From positions 1 to 62,417 of the IMG/VR virus record IMGVR_UViG_3300022871_000020: a stretch of 62,417 nucleotides of DNA. One strand, written 5' to 3'. Origin of the DNA: a virus (Duplodnaviria > Caudoviricetes). Below the pieces are notes generated by a model, which was not told the DNA's origin, made no database searches, and saw only the letters and a list, made by a program, of their open reading frames with translations. Both the position numbers and the translations under genes were made by a program. Shown here piece after piece: positions 60,302 through 62,417 of the stretch; the first letter of the stretch is position 1; each line of letters begins with the position of its first letter.

Positions 60302-60922
60302 CTATTTTAACTTAGCCATCATTTCCCAGTAATGTTCTTCACTAATCAATCCTTTAAATTGTTTTAATTGTTCAATACTCTTGATCTCTATCTCCATAAT
60401 CACAGGTTCTTTTTTAATAATAATTCCAAGAGCAATAAAGAACATGATATTTCGTTTGACATAATCGATATTTAAAAATTGGTCAATACCAATAGATTCA
60501 AACATTTTAAATTGTTTAAAATACTCAATAGTAAATTGTGTTAATTCTTTGTTATATACTTCGTTATTCATTTCACTATATACCCCATCGTACGACATGT
60601 TGTCTTCAGCACAATCGAGTTCAAATATCCCCCCCATTCCAGAAAATACTAATAAATTATATGGTATTTTAATTTTTTCATCAAGGTTAATGTCATCAAC
60701 ATTGACAAATACTTCATTGTTACTTTGTTTATACTTTTCAATATCATTGTAATCTAATATTAACGTCAATAAATCTGGATTTCCATCAGGACATTTAGTG
60801 ACAGTTATTTTTCCTTTTTTGAATAATTTAATAAAACAATCATCCACTACAATCAAAGTTACATCATTAGAAGATCTTGTTAATATCTGTAATATAATAT
60901 TTTGTTTCAATGAAGTAGACAT
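60302..60922 (-). CDS. hypothetical protein
   Basis: 206-aa ORF. Confidence 0.6.
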   Translation of the reverse strand: MSTSLKQNIILQILTRSSNDVTLIVVDDCFIKLFKKGKITVTKCPDGNPDLLTLILDYNDIEKYKQSNNEVFVNVDDINLDEKIKIPYNLLVFSGMGGIFELDCAEDNMSYDGVYSEMNNEVYNKELTQFTIEYFKQFKMFESIGIDQFLNIDYVKRNIMFFIALGIIIKKEPVIMEIEIKSIEQLKQFKGLISEEHYWEMMAKLK

Positions 60923-61130
60923 AGTTTTCCTTTTTATTTATCTTCTTTTCCAGTACCAAAACATCTGTGACAAACACCTTCGACAACTCCACTTTGACTA
61001 ATATAAGTTTTAAGAGTAGTCATAAACTCTTGTTTATATTTTTCTGGTATTTGATTATGTTTCCAAGCTGAATTAGCAGATTTAATAATTTGTTCAATTT
61101 GAAAATCGGATAAAAACATTCTGTTTCTCC

Positions 61131-61607
61131 TTATTTAAGTTTATCCCATTGTTTCCAACAATCGTCTTTATTCTTAAAATGGGGACAACTATCAAATCTT
61201 CCAAGACCACTATCCTTGCATTGTTTTAATTTTTGATTGTTATTCGATGTACTTTGTTGCCACCATAGTGGACAGACACAACTTCGCATTTCTGAACCTT
61301 TTGTAAAGTCTTTTCCATTTTTCCAATCTGAATATGAAATTCCTCCAAAATCTTTAAGTTTAAATTTGTCTCCCTCTCCAATAACAAATCCTGGATTAGC
61401 TTCATAGACTCTTTTAATGTTTTTTATAGTTTGTCGTTCTACAAATGGAGTATATGTATGAAAATAACTATAACATCCTGAACCATTACAGTTACTACAC
61501 ACAATTGCTGCACCATCGCGTTCAGTCATTCCAATATATACACCAGTTCCGTTGCAAGATGAACATTCTTCTTTGTGTCTTATGTATTTAATTGTATTAT
61601 TTGACAT
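61131..61607 (-). CDS. DnaJ-type CxxCxGxG zinc-finger protein
   Basis: CSSCNGTG and CSNCNGSG. Confidence 0.7.
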   Translation of the reverse strand: MSNNTIKYIRHKEECSSCNGTGVYIGMTERDGAAIVCSNCNGSGCYSYFHTYTPFVERQTIKNIKRVYEANPGFVIGEGDKFKLKDFGGISYSDWKNGKDFTKGSEMRSCVCPLWWQQSTSNNNQKLKQCKDSGLGRFDSCPHFKNKDDCWKQWDKLK

Positions 61608-61618
61608 TACATTTCTCC

Positions 61619-62047
61619 TTATCTAATTAATAAAACATACAGACCATATAAATCTGGCCATTTAACAATATCAATGAATGGAATTGATTTTGGATTTTGA
61701 TAAAGTGCAGCAACACAAACTTCTTTATCTGGATTTTCTATAAATTGTAATGCAAAACCATTTTGATTAACCGCAAGTATTTGGTGCGATTTAATAGGTT
61801 TAATAATACCTTGAAGAAATAACCCATCTCGTTCAAGGATCATTTCTAGAGTTTCGTTCCACTGATTCGGAAGAGAATATCTTGGAATTGTAATTGCAAG
61901 TAAGCTTGAATCATCAATTTTAACAAAGGAAGAAATGATTATAGTTCTATCAATTTTAAATTTTGAATGATAATTAATTAAACTTTTTTTACTCCACACA
62001 TCAAAAGACATTATAACGCCTATCCCAAGAAACAGAATAGTCATCAA
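61619..62047 (-). CDS. DUF4116-like repeat protein
   Basis: AVNQNGFALQFIENPDKEVCVAAL. Confidence 0.55.
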   Translation of the reverse strand: MMTILFLGIGVIMSFDVWSKKSLINYHSKFKIDRTIIISSFVKIDDSSLLAITIPRYSLPNQWNETLEMILERDGLFLQGIIKPIKSHQILAVNQNGFALQFIENPDKEVCVAALYQNPKSIPFIDIVKWPDLYGLYVLLIR

Positions 62048-62417
62048 CTAATTTCAAAGCAGCTTTCTTTTGTAGGTTAACTATAGTATCAATACTTCCA
62101 CCATATTCTACATAACCATGATTATTTTCCATCCAAATTTTAGAGATTGCTTCCCATTTTTCAATAGGGACATCATTAAAATCTGTTTTATCTTTATTTA
62201 ATCTGTCTGTTAAACTTGCAATTGTCTGGTCAATATATAATGGGCTTTCGTAGTTCCATCTAATAATCATTTTAATTTCTCCTTATAAAACTACCTTTAA
62301 ATCTCCATACCAAACTTGATGTAGTCCTTCAGAATATTTATCCCAAAATTCAAGGACATCGAGTTGAATAGTATCTTCTTTTAATTTATGTAAATTATTT
62401 GAAATTAAATTTGCTTT

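Overview
Very AT-rich, almost entirely minus-strand segment of a large (jumbo-type) myophage genome. It encodes a four-piece multisubunit RNA polymerase (betaN, betaC, beta'N, beta'C) interrupted by five group I introns, whose splice junctions can be reconstructed from the sequence, and flanked by two free-standing HNH endonucleases. Replication genes include a split family B DNA polymerase, type II topoisomerase subunits, primase, clamp loader, helicases, NAD ligase, RNase H, a 5' nuclease, SSBs and HU; three of these genes carry mini-inteins. It also has a 7-deazaguanine DNA-modification set (DpdA-like, QueE, FolE2) and PAAR/neck virion genes. Non-coding highlights: (1) a self-contained unit of promoter, heptamer leader, coiled-coil ORF and ~335-nt structured RNA with a pseudoknot and a 7-nt periodic tract; (2) an internally deleted IscB element with an intact omegaRNA; (3) two tRNA-like RNAs with collapsed anticodon arms; (4) gene insertions flanked by duplicated gene junctions; (5) a dispersed GCCGAGGCCAAAAA motif; (6) a candidate phage-RNAP promoter; (7) a gyrA-like gene with no canonical start codon. 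All calls come from motif recognition by eye; no searches were run.
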